This document shows positions 51,744 through 64,000 of a stretch of 64,000 bases of DNA, piece by piece (the first letter of the stretch is position 1; each line of letters begins with the position of its first letter). Source of the stretch: Octopus sinensis (Eukaryota); assembly GCF_006345805.1 (NCBI RefSeq), contig NC_043014.1, forward strand, positions 372,001 through 436,000, given 5' to 3'. The translations under genes and the position numbers were made by a program. The notes beneath the pieces are model-generated. The model had not been told where the DNA came from. It made no database searches and was given only the letters and a program-made list of their open reading frames with translations.

Positions 51744-51837
51744 CATTCTCTTAAGTTCTCTTACTGTTGTCTTGGAATTAATTTTCATCACAAAAGGTGG
51801 CGCTGAAGAGACTCTGTCTTCAATATAAATCTTGATG
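51744..51837 (-). CDS. RBCK1: RBCK1 exon, first half of ubiquitin-like (UBL) domain
   Basis: tttttcag|C ... ATG|GTAAAT, 94 nt, phase 2 to 0. Encodes (R)IKIYIEDRVSSAPPFVMKINSKTTVRELKRM, matching the HOIL-1L LWVSVED...TVASLKDM pattern. Not in the ORF track. Confidence 0.9.
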
Positions 51838-52275
51838 CTGAAAAAAATTTTAAGAAATAACAGAATAGAGAAAACAAGTTTTTAAGGATTGTTTAGACAA
51901 GTGACCCTCACCTCGGGTCAACATGACTGTTGGCAGGTGGAGGTTTCCAAGCAAGACAATATTTCCCCAAAGCAGACAGACATGTTTACACAAAAAAAAA
52001 AACTGGAAACAAAGGACCCTGCTTGTACGACAGTGATACTCATTTACAACAACCAAGTAATTTCAAGGCAAACAACCCTCTCCCTACACACACACACTAT
52101 AGGCTTCTTTCAGTCTCTGTCAACCAATCCACTCACAAGGCTTTGGTCTGCCTGGGGCTATAATAGAAGATACTTGACCAACAGAGTTGGAAAGCAAACA
52201 TCTTGACCACACAGCTGACCCTGCTCTTCATGTGAGAACTTACAAGTAAAAAGGGAAACTGAAATGAATACTGAC

Positions 52276-52442
52276 CGATATTCTGTGTCAATGGGTTCTT
52301 TATGAAGGAGTTCAATCTTCACTGATGTCTTCTGTCTTGCAAGTTGAGCAACAAGAGTTTGGGCAGCTTTCACATCCCCTGAAGTTATGGCTGTCTCCAG
52401 CTGAAGTATACAGGCCCCAGGCTCATTTTCTTGGCCCTTCAT
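52276..52442 (-). CDS. RBCK1: RBCK1/HOIL-1L first coding exon: LUBAC-tethering motif (exon 52276-52454, ATG at 52442)
   Basis: Acceptor tttcag|ATT at 52454 and donor CG|GTCAGT at 52276. MKGQENEPGACILQLETAITSGDVKAAQTLVAQLARQKTSVKIEL aligns ungapped to the human HOIL-1L N-terminus as recalled ([38 protein letters not shown]). Confidence 0.85.
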
Positions 52443-53281
52443 TTCCAAATGAATCTGAAAAAGAAAAATCATACATAAAAGCTGCGTTTCTTCAAAATTA
52501 TCAGCAGCATCACTACTACTACTACTACTACTACTGCTGCTGCTGAGGATTCACTATACTCCATCCTCTGTACCACTTCACTTATATACCCATGCCTGTA
52601 ACTTGAGGGGTATATAACCATCTTCTCTTTTTATCCAACTGGGGACGCTACGTATCTTGTCTACTGCACTTATTTCTGTCCCTCAGTTTATACGCTGGGT
52701 ATGACATTAAACTGCAACCAGTGTTGAGGGTCCAGTTTGGAGGGTCTGGAGTTGTGGGGATCATGAAATCACCCTTTAATTACTATTAGTTCCATGTCCA
52801 TTCTGACCTGGAATGGCAGAACGAAGTTAAATAGATTCTTGTAAGAACAGAGGGAGCTCTTGTTGCTATGGTGAAAGCAACCAAAGAGAAAGAAAACTCA
52901 CTTTTCTAATATGTCCCAAGCAAACAAGGAGGAGTATGGCTGACGAAACGAACATGAAGTAGATCCAAAAACAGAGATTCATACTACATCCCATGGCCGT
53001 ACATATTTTGCTGTCAGTGGAGATGGCAGGAACGGAAGAGGCTTCTTACGTTAACTTCTCATCAACTGGTACAAAGTCACCTTCCAACTAAGTTGAGGAG
53101 TCTTTGTCTTGCAAAGTACTTGGAGACCTTGCTGTTGGTGCCACGTAAAAAGGGTCCAATCCATAGCATCAGGTGGTTGGCATTAGGAAGGGCATCCGAC
53201 TACAGAAAGAAAGCCAAAACAGACAAACAGTGCTTGGTGCAGTCTTCTGGCTTGCCGGCTCCTGCCAAACTGACCAGTCCA

Positions 53282-54060
53282 TGTGTCTGAACGTGTCAAA
53301 GTGCTGTCATCTGCCTGTCGGCTCTACTCCTGCAACTCAACTTGATTTCGAGCCGGGTCGTCTGCTGCTGGAGAGGACTGATCAGGTAAAGGACCTGGGT
53401 ATCTTGGTGGATTCCTCCTTTTCGCCTTCGGCCCAGTGCGTCCATGCTGCCAACAAAGCGCGCGGAATTCTGTTTTTGATTCGACGGTCATTCGGAATGC
53501 TCACAGCAGCCATACTCCTGCCACTCTATGTCACGCTGGTGAGACCCATATTGGAGTATGGGATTCAAGCCTCTTCTCCTTATCTCCTCAAAGACATACA
53601 GCATCTCGAAAGAGTCCAGAGGCTGGCTACCCGCATGGTTCATGGTCTCAAAAATTTGTCCTACGAAGAAAGGCTGAGGACGCTCGACCTTTATTCTCTT
53701 GAAAAACGCTGCCGCCGTGGTGATCTCATTCTCATCCACAACATCATAAGCGGAAAGTGTAACCTCTCGAAAGAGCTGTTCTTCATTCCTGCTCCAGACC
53801 GTCGGCTGCGGGGTCATTCCGAAAAGCTCTACCTGCGACGATTTCATCTCAATCGAAGGAGAGGAGCTTTCTCCGTCCGGGTTGCGGATCCGTGGAACAA
53901 GCTGCCAGACGAGATGGTGAAGATGCCGACGACCGCTTTGTTCAAAGCCTCCCTGGACCTCAAGTGGCCTGAACTCTACATGAACACCACCCTGTACTTA
54001 ACTCCATGTCCCCCTACATGGCCTTGCTATTTGCTTTTGAGCCTAACTAACTAACTAACT
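53282..54060 (+). mobile_element. Young 5'-truncated CR1-type LINE, copy 2, inserted inside a SINE/RTE tail
   Basis: Near-identical reverse complement of 21763-22549 with a (TAAC)n tail. The host motif ccatg|ctagcatgg is split by the insertion. Confidence 0.93.
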
Positions 54061-54679
54061 AGCATGGAAAGTGGACATTAAAGGATAGTGATTACCACTG
54101 TCCATTTTGTCATGGGTTTGACAGGTAAAAAAAAGATCAACCCCCACTCTTCTACATAAACACACCCACCCACACACAGACCGAAAGGAAGAAAAACAGT
54201 TTGATGCCACACAAAAAGTATTGCTGTCATCATCATCATCATCATCATCACTCTCTGATGCACATTTCAGTCTTCCTCTTTCTATTCCCCTATTACAGGG
54301 AGAGGGAATAACACGATGACTCCTTTCACTTTTGCTCTTTCTTCATCTCCTTTCTAAACAGAGAGTAGGTTGTGGTTTGAGGAAGATTTGGTTGCTATTT
54401 CTCAATAAACATTATATAAAATTTCCCTCTGAAGATGCAATTAATTATAACGATAGATAGACATATTGCCTTGTGGTGTTTGTTTGGTGGTTTCTGAATA
54501 CAAGAATGGCAGATTCCACCTCAGTCACAGCTCCAACTTTAAACACACAACACGAGTGTATAACACCAAGTTCATAAGACTCTGTATTAGGTGAGTAGGA
54601 TGTTGGAGCCACAAATTCCACAGACAATGATACATCTGCATCTCTTTTACATCCTTCTATGACATTGGATATACAGATT

Positions 54680-55650
54680 TCACAAAGTGGGGACAAACTC
54701 AACTGTCTTCACACAACATACTTCAAATTACTCCACTAAACACGATACTCCAACAAATACAAACTCTCAATGACTCCTACAACTCTCCTCTCATCTCAAC
54801 CTACTTTTTACAAGAGTCCAACTTGTCCGTTCTTCCAATATGACAGGGCTGTCAATGACGCTCGCCACAACAATCTCCAGTTTTTACAGGATTGCTCGAG
54901 TGTAAACATAACACGAAATGACTGAGCATTTCCACAAGAATGACTCAGGACTTTTGCTTGATATCACAGTCAATATTTCCTTGATTAACAGTTTGTTATT
55001 CACTGTACAAATATGGCAAATGCAAGGTATTGAAAACCTTTGACCTTTTGCCTTTCATGCAGATTTTTGGCTCAACACAGCAGTGAACATTACTTTCCTC
55101 TTGTTCAAGCTTATTCTCAGACCACGGCTGAAAATCAATTTATGTCATTTTCAATTCCAGCAATAAAACAATTCTAGTACCAAAGTTTTGAACATCTTAG
55201 ACTTACAATTGAATCTGCAGAGATCAAAAACTCCTTCCATTATTCAGCTCAATACCAATGTCTCAGTCATGAAAATCCTAACTATGGCTAGTTCAGCCAT
55301 ATTTAGGGACTGGGATATTTCTCTTCTTCACTCTATTTTCTGTAGCAATTTTAGCAAAGTTACCCTTTGAAATTGATTCAAGCTATCATGCTTTGATGTA
55401 ATTCCTTAAAGATGTTCAAAAATCTGGTGAACAACCCAACATTCCAAGAATTTTTCACAATTCTGCTCAGTTAACAATATTAAAGTCTTTCTTTTAAGTC
55501 AACAAAGACCTGATATAAAGCACCTGCTGATTGTAGAGAAAGTTATGTATTACAAGTACCGGTCCTTGATTTAAAACTAGATAGTGTTTTAACGAGCTTT
55601 GAGGGGCAGATGTCATTTGCTAATGAAAGTTTAGATAAAACCTTGCCACA
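54680..55650 (+). mobile_element. Highly degenerate non-LTR retrotransposon RT remnant
   Basis: Broken-frame PI*QGC..SP, KCKVL and LLPFM motifs. Confidence 0.4.
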
Positions 55651-58600
55651 AGAATTCAAGAATTATCAGCCATGGATTTAGAGGGTTTTGCCTTTTCTAC
55701 ATTGGGACAAGAATTTTGTGAATCCAATATTGTTGTAGTCTTTTTTATCAAAAGTAATTTGCACCTTTGTTGAGAGAGTTGCTCCATGCTCGTTAATCCT
55801 CCTCACCTTTCATTACCTCATCTACTTCAAGAGTTTTCAACACTCAGTTTTTGTTTTTCAGATTGAAGTCTAATATAGATTGGTAAAGGAAATCTTTTCA
55901 TAACCAGTTACTGGCTGATACTAACATTATTATAAGAAAACCAATCTGTAAGATTCTTTTTCTTGAATCTAAGCACCTCAACTCATAAAAAGAATTCTGA
56001 TCCCTAAAACTTTCCCAAGAAGCATCAAAGCTTAGATCAGCAACTTTATTTTTGGACACAGTTTTTCAAATGTTTTGTTCACTCAGTTTAGCCATATCAA
56101 TCCATTTTTAACATTTGGCTTTATTCATGAAAATCGTTTGCCAAATTCAAAGCTAGAAACTTTCCCTGCCCCAGTTTCTACCTGGTGTCACATTCAGCCC
56201 TCTCTAGCACATGCACAAACACCTTGAATGTCAGATTTCTCAAGGTGTTATGAAATCGACCCTGTTTCGGTCCATGTGACTTGGTGTTTTGGTTTAGGCC
56301 AGAGAGTTTTACAAACAACTCGATTGAAGTCTGAGTCAAGAAAAACAAACCGTTGTTGTTGTTGCTACAAAGAAATTCATAGAACAAGAGTGTTTGCCAG
56401 CGATGAGAGTTGGCAGAGAAATCAAGAAAACAGATACACCCCCCCCTTCCCCATTATAGTGACAATCAAAGATCCACAACTGTCTAATTATTCAAGTAAA
56501 GTTGTTCTGATAGTCTGCATGCATCCATTCTATTCATCTATCTTTAGTCAGAAAATGCTCCCCAGTCTTTAGCCAGAGAGTACTGCTCAATCTATCTTTA
56601 ATCAGAGAGTGCTTCTCCATCAATGTTTAATCATTATAATTCTCTGGTTAGAAGCATTGCTCTACATTGTGGTCAGTTAGATGAACCACAACCAAGAAGG
56701 ACATCAACAGACATTAAATGTGACTCTTAACTTTGTGCTTTCTGCTTTGTGGAATTGATGTTTAATAAACAAACCAACTGAATTTAGACAATTTGTTTTG
56801 ATGTATCTTTTCCAGCTGCTCGCAGGAAATCAGATGAACAGTTGTCTCCTTTGACAAAATTAGCCCCTGTCCACAAAGACATTAGTTGTAGACACTGACC
56901 ACCTGTGTAGATTTGTGACTACGGATTATTTCCAACTGGTCGAGTCTGTACTTGTTGCCACTTCTTTAGTAATGGATGTCTCAAGAAATCTAATACATAA
57001 CGGATTACAGGGATAGACAACTTGGTCACTAAATCTTGTATAAGATGAATCACTAAAAGAGGAAATGATATTTGCAGTGATTCAAGGAAGAATGACAGCA
57101 AAACCCTGAATTTAAGGATTGGCTTCAGCAAGATAAACAATTATAAACAAGTAACTGTTGTCACTGGCACAGGTTATGTGTTTCATTTCTATGAATAGAT
57201 ATAAATTTCTCAAAGAAAGGAAATACTTTGATGTGACTAAGTACAGTATTAATATATTTCTGAAAGCAGTCAATGGAGATTGAACTAAACAGCCAAACAT
57301 GAATTGAAAGCAAAAAATTACAGTTGTTCTATATACAGAGAAAAATTGACAAAGAGTGGATTGATTTCTATGGCTACTTAATATTTTACTGTTTGGGTTT
57401 TCCCTTGTTCAGGGAAAACCCAAGTGATAAAAATATGGAGAAAACAGAACAAGAGTTTGGAAAATCCCATGAGCAAACTTACAATGATATGTTATTTAAG
57501 AATTACGTAAATTTTTCAGTTTAATTTGTGTAAATTTACTGATCTCTCAACTCATTTTACTTTGATACTATACACTACTTTCATTTTGTAATCAAAATCA
57601 AGGATATATTGATTACAGAAGTATTGAACAAGATAACATAAACCCACATGAACATAGTTTGTGACAAAACAAAGATAAGCATTTTCTCAGAAACAAGATT
57701 TATCAAGAAACAGTGCCTCCTACCATCCCTCATGCTTTTATTATGAAATGAGGTCAATTGTGCTTGGGTATGTGGACATATATACGTGTGTGTGGGTATG
57801 TGTGTGCGCTTGGTGTTTTTACTTCCTACTTGTTTCAGTAATTGCATTACAGCCGTGCTGGCCCACCACTTTTGAAGGCTTAGTAGAACACATCAAGCCC
57901 AGTATTTTGTAGGTCAGTCTTTTGCCAATCTACTAGTTACAGGTACATAAACAAACCAGCACTGGTTGTCACATGTTAGAGAGAGACAAACACATGCAGC
58001 ATATATCATCATAGCCATTTTCTCACGCTCGTTTGGCAGGATTCAACAGGTTTCCCTTGTTCCAATGCCTCATTTCTGGCATGGTTTCCATGGCCAGATG
58101 TTTTTCCTAACATCAAACTCTTTACAAAATGTACTGGACACTTTCTGTGGCACCAGCACAGTTGGGGGGGGGGGGCACCATGCAAAGTGAAAAAGAGTCC
58201 TCCCCACCCGACTCCAATAGATGGAACAGATTTGGTGTGAGTGGAGGATTTATGGAAAGGATATCAGAGGGAAGTGGGGGGTAGTAAAGAAGGCAGAGTA
58301 GAGGGAGAAGAGTAATGTCAGGGGATAGTATAATGGAGAGTGGGGAAGGGACATGGAGATAATGGGGTGGGTTGAGCAGGTGGGCTCAATGATGGGTTGG
58401 GTCAGTTCATCTACCATGCCATCGTGGGTTGGATGGTTTGTCAGGGTCCAAAAGGGTTCTCACTGGAATTACACAGGATTATTGGAGGGACACTGTTAAG
58501 GAAGGGAGAGGGGTATGGGGAGGGAAGTGAAAGGTAGGGTTCAAGGGTTGGTGAGAGGGAGAGAAAGTGGGGAGAGCTATGTAGATGTGGGGTTACCCTA

Positions 58601-59604
58601 TGTCGTACATGTATGGGTAGGGGTATGCATGAAAGATAAGGAAGAGGGTAACAAGGAGGCCGAAAGGTAGCTGTGCCTAGTCAAAGGAATTTGTATGTGG
58701 GTATCTAAATAGAAAACAGCTTTCCTTATCTGTCAAAGGTTAGAATATTATTCCTTGTGTTATTTGTCCTGTACTCTATTTTTTCCTTGTTTAAAAGAAG
58801 TGTCTGTTTCCTTGGTTTTGTGTTTATGTTTTCGTTTCTCATTGTGTTCGACGTTTTTTTAGTGTCCTGTACCCATATATGCATGTATATATACATGTAG
58901 AGGTAGGTATATATGCATGTATATATACATGTAGAGGTAGGTACGTACATATATGTATGTATGTATGCATATGTTTTATTTATTAATTTATTATATATAT
59001 ATATACACACAAGCACACATAAATACAGTGCTTACAAACAAACTGACCCAACAGCACACAACTTCAGTGACTGCTTTCTACTAGGCAAGTCTTTTGCACA
59101 AATTTCACCAAACAAATTCCACTTGCAAAAGGAATTCAATAGTTGGAATCTAGAGTCACAAACCAATTTTTTTGTGTGTATCTGAGTTAATGGGCGGGGG
59201 GGGTTAGTATTGAGATAGTAAATAACATTAGAAACGGTAGATGTGTGTGTGTGTAGTATATCTTTCGTTTATGTATATTGGTATAAGAATCGATGTCTTG
59301 GAATTTGATTTGTGTCGAGTTACAAACATTCCCATTCACTCTGATCATCAAAAATGCAGCAAACATTGACTTTGGTTGTTTCAATCGCAACCAACGACGT
59401 TATTGTGCACCTGTTGCTGTATAGAATAAAACATCAAAACGAGGGACCCGCTACATGATGGCGATGACTGCTAGAAATAACAACCAACTCCTAAAAACCC
59501 AAAGACACATTAGGTAATATAATCATAAGAAAACAGTCTGACACACCTCACCAACCACCACAGATTGTAAAAAAAGTAGAACAAAAAAAGCTATTTTTAC
59601 TCAC

Positions 59605-59790
59605 CTGGCCATCTACTGGAAGGCCGACCTCAAAGTGGGCAACATTTAAGAAGTAAGTACAAAACACAAATTTAGTGGAAACTCTCCAACACCAGTCTCC
59701 AGGTTGGAACACGCAATGAAAGTAATTTCTCACAGGTATAAATGTAACAACAGAAATAACGAAGAAAAGCAAGACATCCAAAATAACCAT
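59605..59790 (-). other. RBCK1: Candidate first (5' UTR or N-terminal extension) exon of RBCK1; 5' boundary unknown
   Basis: Strong donor CAG|GTGAGT at 59605/59604, with CpG-richer sequence upstream at about 59.9-60.6 kb. It is phase-compatible with the acceptor at 52454. Linkage to the gene is inferred only. Confidence 0.45.
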
Positions 59791-61137
59791 TTGGTGGCAG
59801 AGTTTACAGGTTCGCTCGACTTGCTAGAAATAACAGCTATATCTCTTTCAAGTCACACAAATGAAAGAATATCGGATAATGTACTTGATCATGAATTTTC
59901 TTAATCATATTCCTGTCTACATACAGTGAGCATGACTATAAGATGGATGGTCACGACTGGATACTCTTTGATCAAAAGCATTGCTGGATCACGACTGACA
60001 AGGAAGTGAGGTGCCACAATAACAACATATTTACAACTAATTTCGAGTATTAGCAATAAAACTAAGAAAAAACATGGTTTTGGTTAATAGTTGTGGTTTT
60101 TGGGGTACAAAGAACATCTCAGTTGATTTCCCCTTGTTACGAGGTCGCCAGATCAGCTGCAACTGAACTGAAAGTGACAACGGCTCCGAAGGCGGGTTCC
60201 AAAACGGTCGCCTAGCAGGCAAGGGAGATAACCGACCGAGTCACGGGTCAATAAAATAAACACTAGCCGAGTCCTGGGGTACAGAGATCGAATACGGCTC
60301 TACCTCGAAATGTCTGACCATGTGCCAATAAAACAAATCCTTACATATATAAAAACAAAACCATTCCTACATGGAGCGGACCCAAGAGAGGGGACGGGGC
60401 TGAGGGGCACGTACCCCACCCGAAGAAAAGAAGTGTGCCCTTCTAAATAATGTTTTTACGCCCTTATCTCCTGGAATTGTATTTCCTTCGAAAGATACCT
60501 GGGACCGCGCCTGCTTACACATGTGGCCCCTGCCCCGGGTTTGTTGCTTCATAACTTCCAGAAAAATGGATATTTTTGAATAAAATTTTCTACAAATATG
60601 CTTCGGACGGCGTAGCTATCGATTATATCATAATTTGTGGTGAAAAAAAAAAAACTTTTCTGCAAGTGGGAACGGGCTTTTGTTTCGTCCTAACTTTCAG
60701 AAAAATAAGTATTTTTTTATGAAATTTTCTGCGTATACTTTTCAGAGAATGTAAGTTACGATTATATGGGAATTTGATGTAAAAAGGAAAATAGTGGGCA
60801 CACACACACACAGACTGACACACATCACGATTTCAAACGAAATTTCAAGTTTCATTTTGTAGATATATGCGACGTGTCATTTACTCTTGTACTCGTTTCA
60901 GCCATTTGACTGTGGCCATGCTGGAGCACCGCCTTTAGTCGAGCAAACCGACCCCAGGACTTATTCTTTGTAAGCCTGGTACTTATTCTATTGGTCTCTT
61001 TTGCCGAATAGCTAAGTCACGGGGACGTAAACACACCAGCATCGGTTGTCAAGCGATGTTGGGGGTTCAAACACAGACACACAAACATACACATACATAT
61101 ATGTATGTATGTATATATATATATATGTGTATGTATG

Positions 61138-61169
<32 letters not shown>

Positions 61170-61489
61170 ATATTATATATATATATATACGACGGGCTTC
61201 TTACAGTTTCCGTCTACCAAATCCACTCACAATGCTTTGGTCGGCCCGAGGCTATAGTAGAAGGTACTTGCCCAAGGTGCCACGTAGTGGTACTGAACCC
61301 GGAACCATGTGGTTCGTAAGCAAGCTACTTACCACACAGCCACTGAGCCCACCAATTTTTCTGGAAGTTATGAGGGAACAAAGTCAGGAGGGGCAGACAT
61401 GTGTAGGAAAGCCTCCCCACCAATATTTCAAACATAATCGATGGAGCATTGGTTTTGCAGAAGTATTAAAAAACTGCTTTATTTATGGA

Positions 61490-61636
61490 AGACCCAGTAT
61501 ATATATATATGTATGTATATCTTAGATACTAAAACTGAAAATAGCTGTGTACCTATATATACATACACACACATATATATATGCATATATATGCACACAC
61601 ATATATACATACATATACACACACCTATATACATGC

Positions 61637-61712
<76 letters not shown>

Positions 61713-62235
61713 TATACACACACATACACACATATATATATATATATATATGCATACACATATATATATATATATACACACACATACACATATATATATA
61801 TATATATATATATGCATACACATATATATATACATACACACATATATATATACATCTATACATACACACATATATATATACATACATATATATACATACA
61901 CATACACACATATATATATATATACATACACATATATATATATATATACATACACATATATATACACACATATATATATATACATACACATATATATACA
62001 CACATATATACATATACACACATATATACATATACACATATATATACATATACACATATATATACATATATATATACACATATATACACATACATATACA
62101 CACATATATACACATACATATACACACATATATACACATACATATACACACATATATACACATACATATACATATATACACACACATATATACATATATA
62201 TATACACACATATATACATATATATACACACACAC

Positions 62236-62272
<37 letters not shown>

Positions 62273-62323
62273 TATATATATACACACACACACACACATA
62301 TATATATATACACATATATATAT

Positions 62324-62356
<33 letters not shown>

Positions 62357-62390
62357 CACATATATATATATACATATATATATATATGCA
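61490..62390 (+). repeat. About 0.9 kb compound (TA)n/(CA)n microsatellite
   Basis: Directly visible alternating purine-pyrimidine tract; source of the 61441-62537 ORFs. Confidence 0.97.
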
Positions 62391-62459
62391 CTGATATACA
62401 TCTGGAAAATCCTGGAGGGGCTTGTCCCGAATTTTGGCATTGAAAGTTACCCTAACAGC

Positions 62460-62745
62460 AGAACTCACCTAGTTCTTAGCCAACCTTGTCTTTTTCTCCC
62501 TTTTATGTCCTCCTACCCCCCCATACTTACCTTATAACACAAGGTAGCCCTGTCAACACAACCCACTTTGTCCCCTTGCCTAACAAACCCTTCATTCCAC
62601 ATGCCTCTCCTTTTCCTTTCTCTACACCCGGCCAACAGTATGAAGTCTCTCTCCCCACCACCACCACCCTCTCACAACTAGAAATCTCGTTACCAAAAAT
62701 CATCACACTCTCTTCTCTTTTAGTTATGAGTCTTGCAAGTTGCAA
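62460..62745 (-). mobile_element. RTE LINE 3' fragment
   Basis: CERVVVVGRETSYCWPG...GKG resembles the RTE post-RT region and is adjacent to the shared SINE/RTE tail. Confidence 0.45.
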
Positions 62746-63815
62746 GATGGCCTCGCCAGTGCCAGTGCCACGAAAAATAATAACCTCAGGTGATTGGCAT
62801 TAAGAAGGGCCTCAAATTGTAGAAATTATGCCGAAGCAGACATTTGGAGTTTCACAGTCCTCCGACCCCTCCGAACCCCTCAAACTGTCCGACTGATGAC
62901 ATCACAGGAGGCAGATGCTTAATATTGATCCTACGTATTGACATACAATGCACAGAGACACACATCAAGATATCAGGTGTGGGGGAGTATTAAGTTTACT
63001 TCCCAATCACATGGTTTTGGGTTCAGTCCTGTTGGTGGTATCCTGGACACATGTTTTCCACTATACACCCAGGTTGACCAAAAGCCTTGGGTAGATTGGG
63101 GAGACAGAAACTGAATGAAGCCCGTCGTGCACACACACACACATATATATATATATATAGAGAGAGAAAGATAGATAGATAGATAGTGAAGTATATTTGT
63201 CACATAACTGTGGCTAACCCCTAAGGGTGGATGCTACTGTAGCTTGTAGCCCCAGGAGGACACCTCCTCCAGCTGGCTATTGGCACACTTTCTGTGATAG
63301 GACACATTTAAGTGACAAATATACTTCACGATGTGTTGCAGCTACTGTTTATACCTCGCTTAGAGATTTATTATATATATAGCAAGTTGTCTGTTTTCTT
63401 TCAAGATGATTTGACCATTTCTCTTTAAGATGAAGACACATTACTTCAGAGTCATCGTATTTCAGCGAAAATGTTTGTCCTAATATCACCTGGCGAAACG
63501 AGCTGGTTACATAACCAGACAAATTGTCGTTATGTTATCCTAATATGTTATGCAATGGACGCATATCTGCAATAAGCCATGTTTTGCTTTCGTTTAATCA
63601 GATATATAACAATTCTATCTTTAATGATACATACATGGATTTGCATGCACACTCATACACAAGTGCGTGTTTATATACATACATATATATAAATGAAATA
63701 ATGAGGGTAGAAATTAATATTAATTAAATTAATCTCAATTTAAACCAGTGGCCTAGCATATTTAAAAAAATAAGAAAATTATATTATATTAGGAATCCAC
63801 CAGGTGGTCATTCCT

Positions 63816-63864
<49 letters not shown>

Positions 63865-64000
63865 GTATATCGAAGTGTATGGTATTGTATATCTATTTCG
63901 GCCGATATTACAAATCGGTTTCGCACTGGGGGTTCAACGGAGTGTTAGGTAACTGTCCGATTACATATAAACACACGCATTGTGTGTGTGTGGGGGGGGT

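Noticed and set aside
54445-54702. 85-aa ORF considered as a PH-like or zinc-finger upstream exon
   Set aside because: Weak acceptor, no donor before the stop, and it adjoins a degenerate retroelement on the other strand.
56919-57140. Strong acceptor near 57055 considered as an RBCK1 exon
   Set aside because: All frames stop before a convincing donor and there is no similarity to HOIL-1L or SHARPIN.
58190-58660. G-rich purine stretch as a regulatory G-quadruplex
   Set aside because: Similar G-rich stretches recur (about 8000-8100 and 51540-51720) beside repeat debris; nothing specific supports function.
61441-62537. Several 190-330 aa I/Y/H/T and C/V/M ORFs
   Set aside because: Translations of (TA)n/(CA)n microsatellite.

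Overview
Eukaryotic, AT-rich, repeat-dense genomic DNA. The SINE families, RTE/CR1/Penelope LINEs and very high microsatellite load suggest an octopod cephalopod (inference). The dominant feature is one intron-rich minus-strand gene, an RBCK1/HOIL-1L orthologue (LUBAC RBR E3 ligase) spanning about 451-52454, with a probable 5' exon near 59605. I assembled nine clear coding exons by hand with GT-AG sites and compatible phases (LTM, UBL x2, NZF, RING1 x2, IBR, RING2, terminal Zn/His tail), plus two candidate linker exons. The minimal model is about 497 aa. Introns hold RTE, CR1/L2, R4/Dong-like, Penelope, piggyBac, mariner and Helitron remnants and many SINEs. The unusual items are: a 4.75 kb purine-only (GAA/GGA/AAA) tract; a cluster of exon-like segments with stops and frameshifts inside one intron (possible decayed nested gene); an inverted pair of young LINE copies bracketing exactly the LTM-UBL-NZF exons; and a possible alternative last exon after the UBL. 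No tRNA, rRNA or CRISPR was found. Coordinates were counted by eye, and repeat boundaries are approximate.
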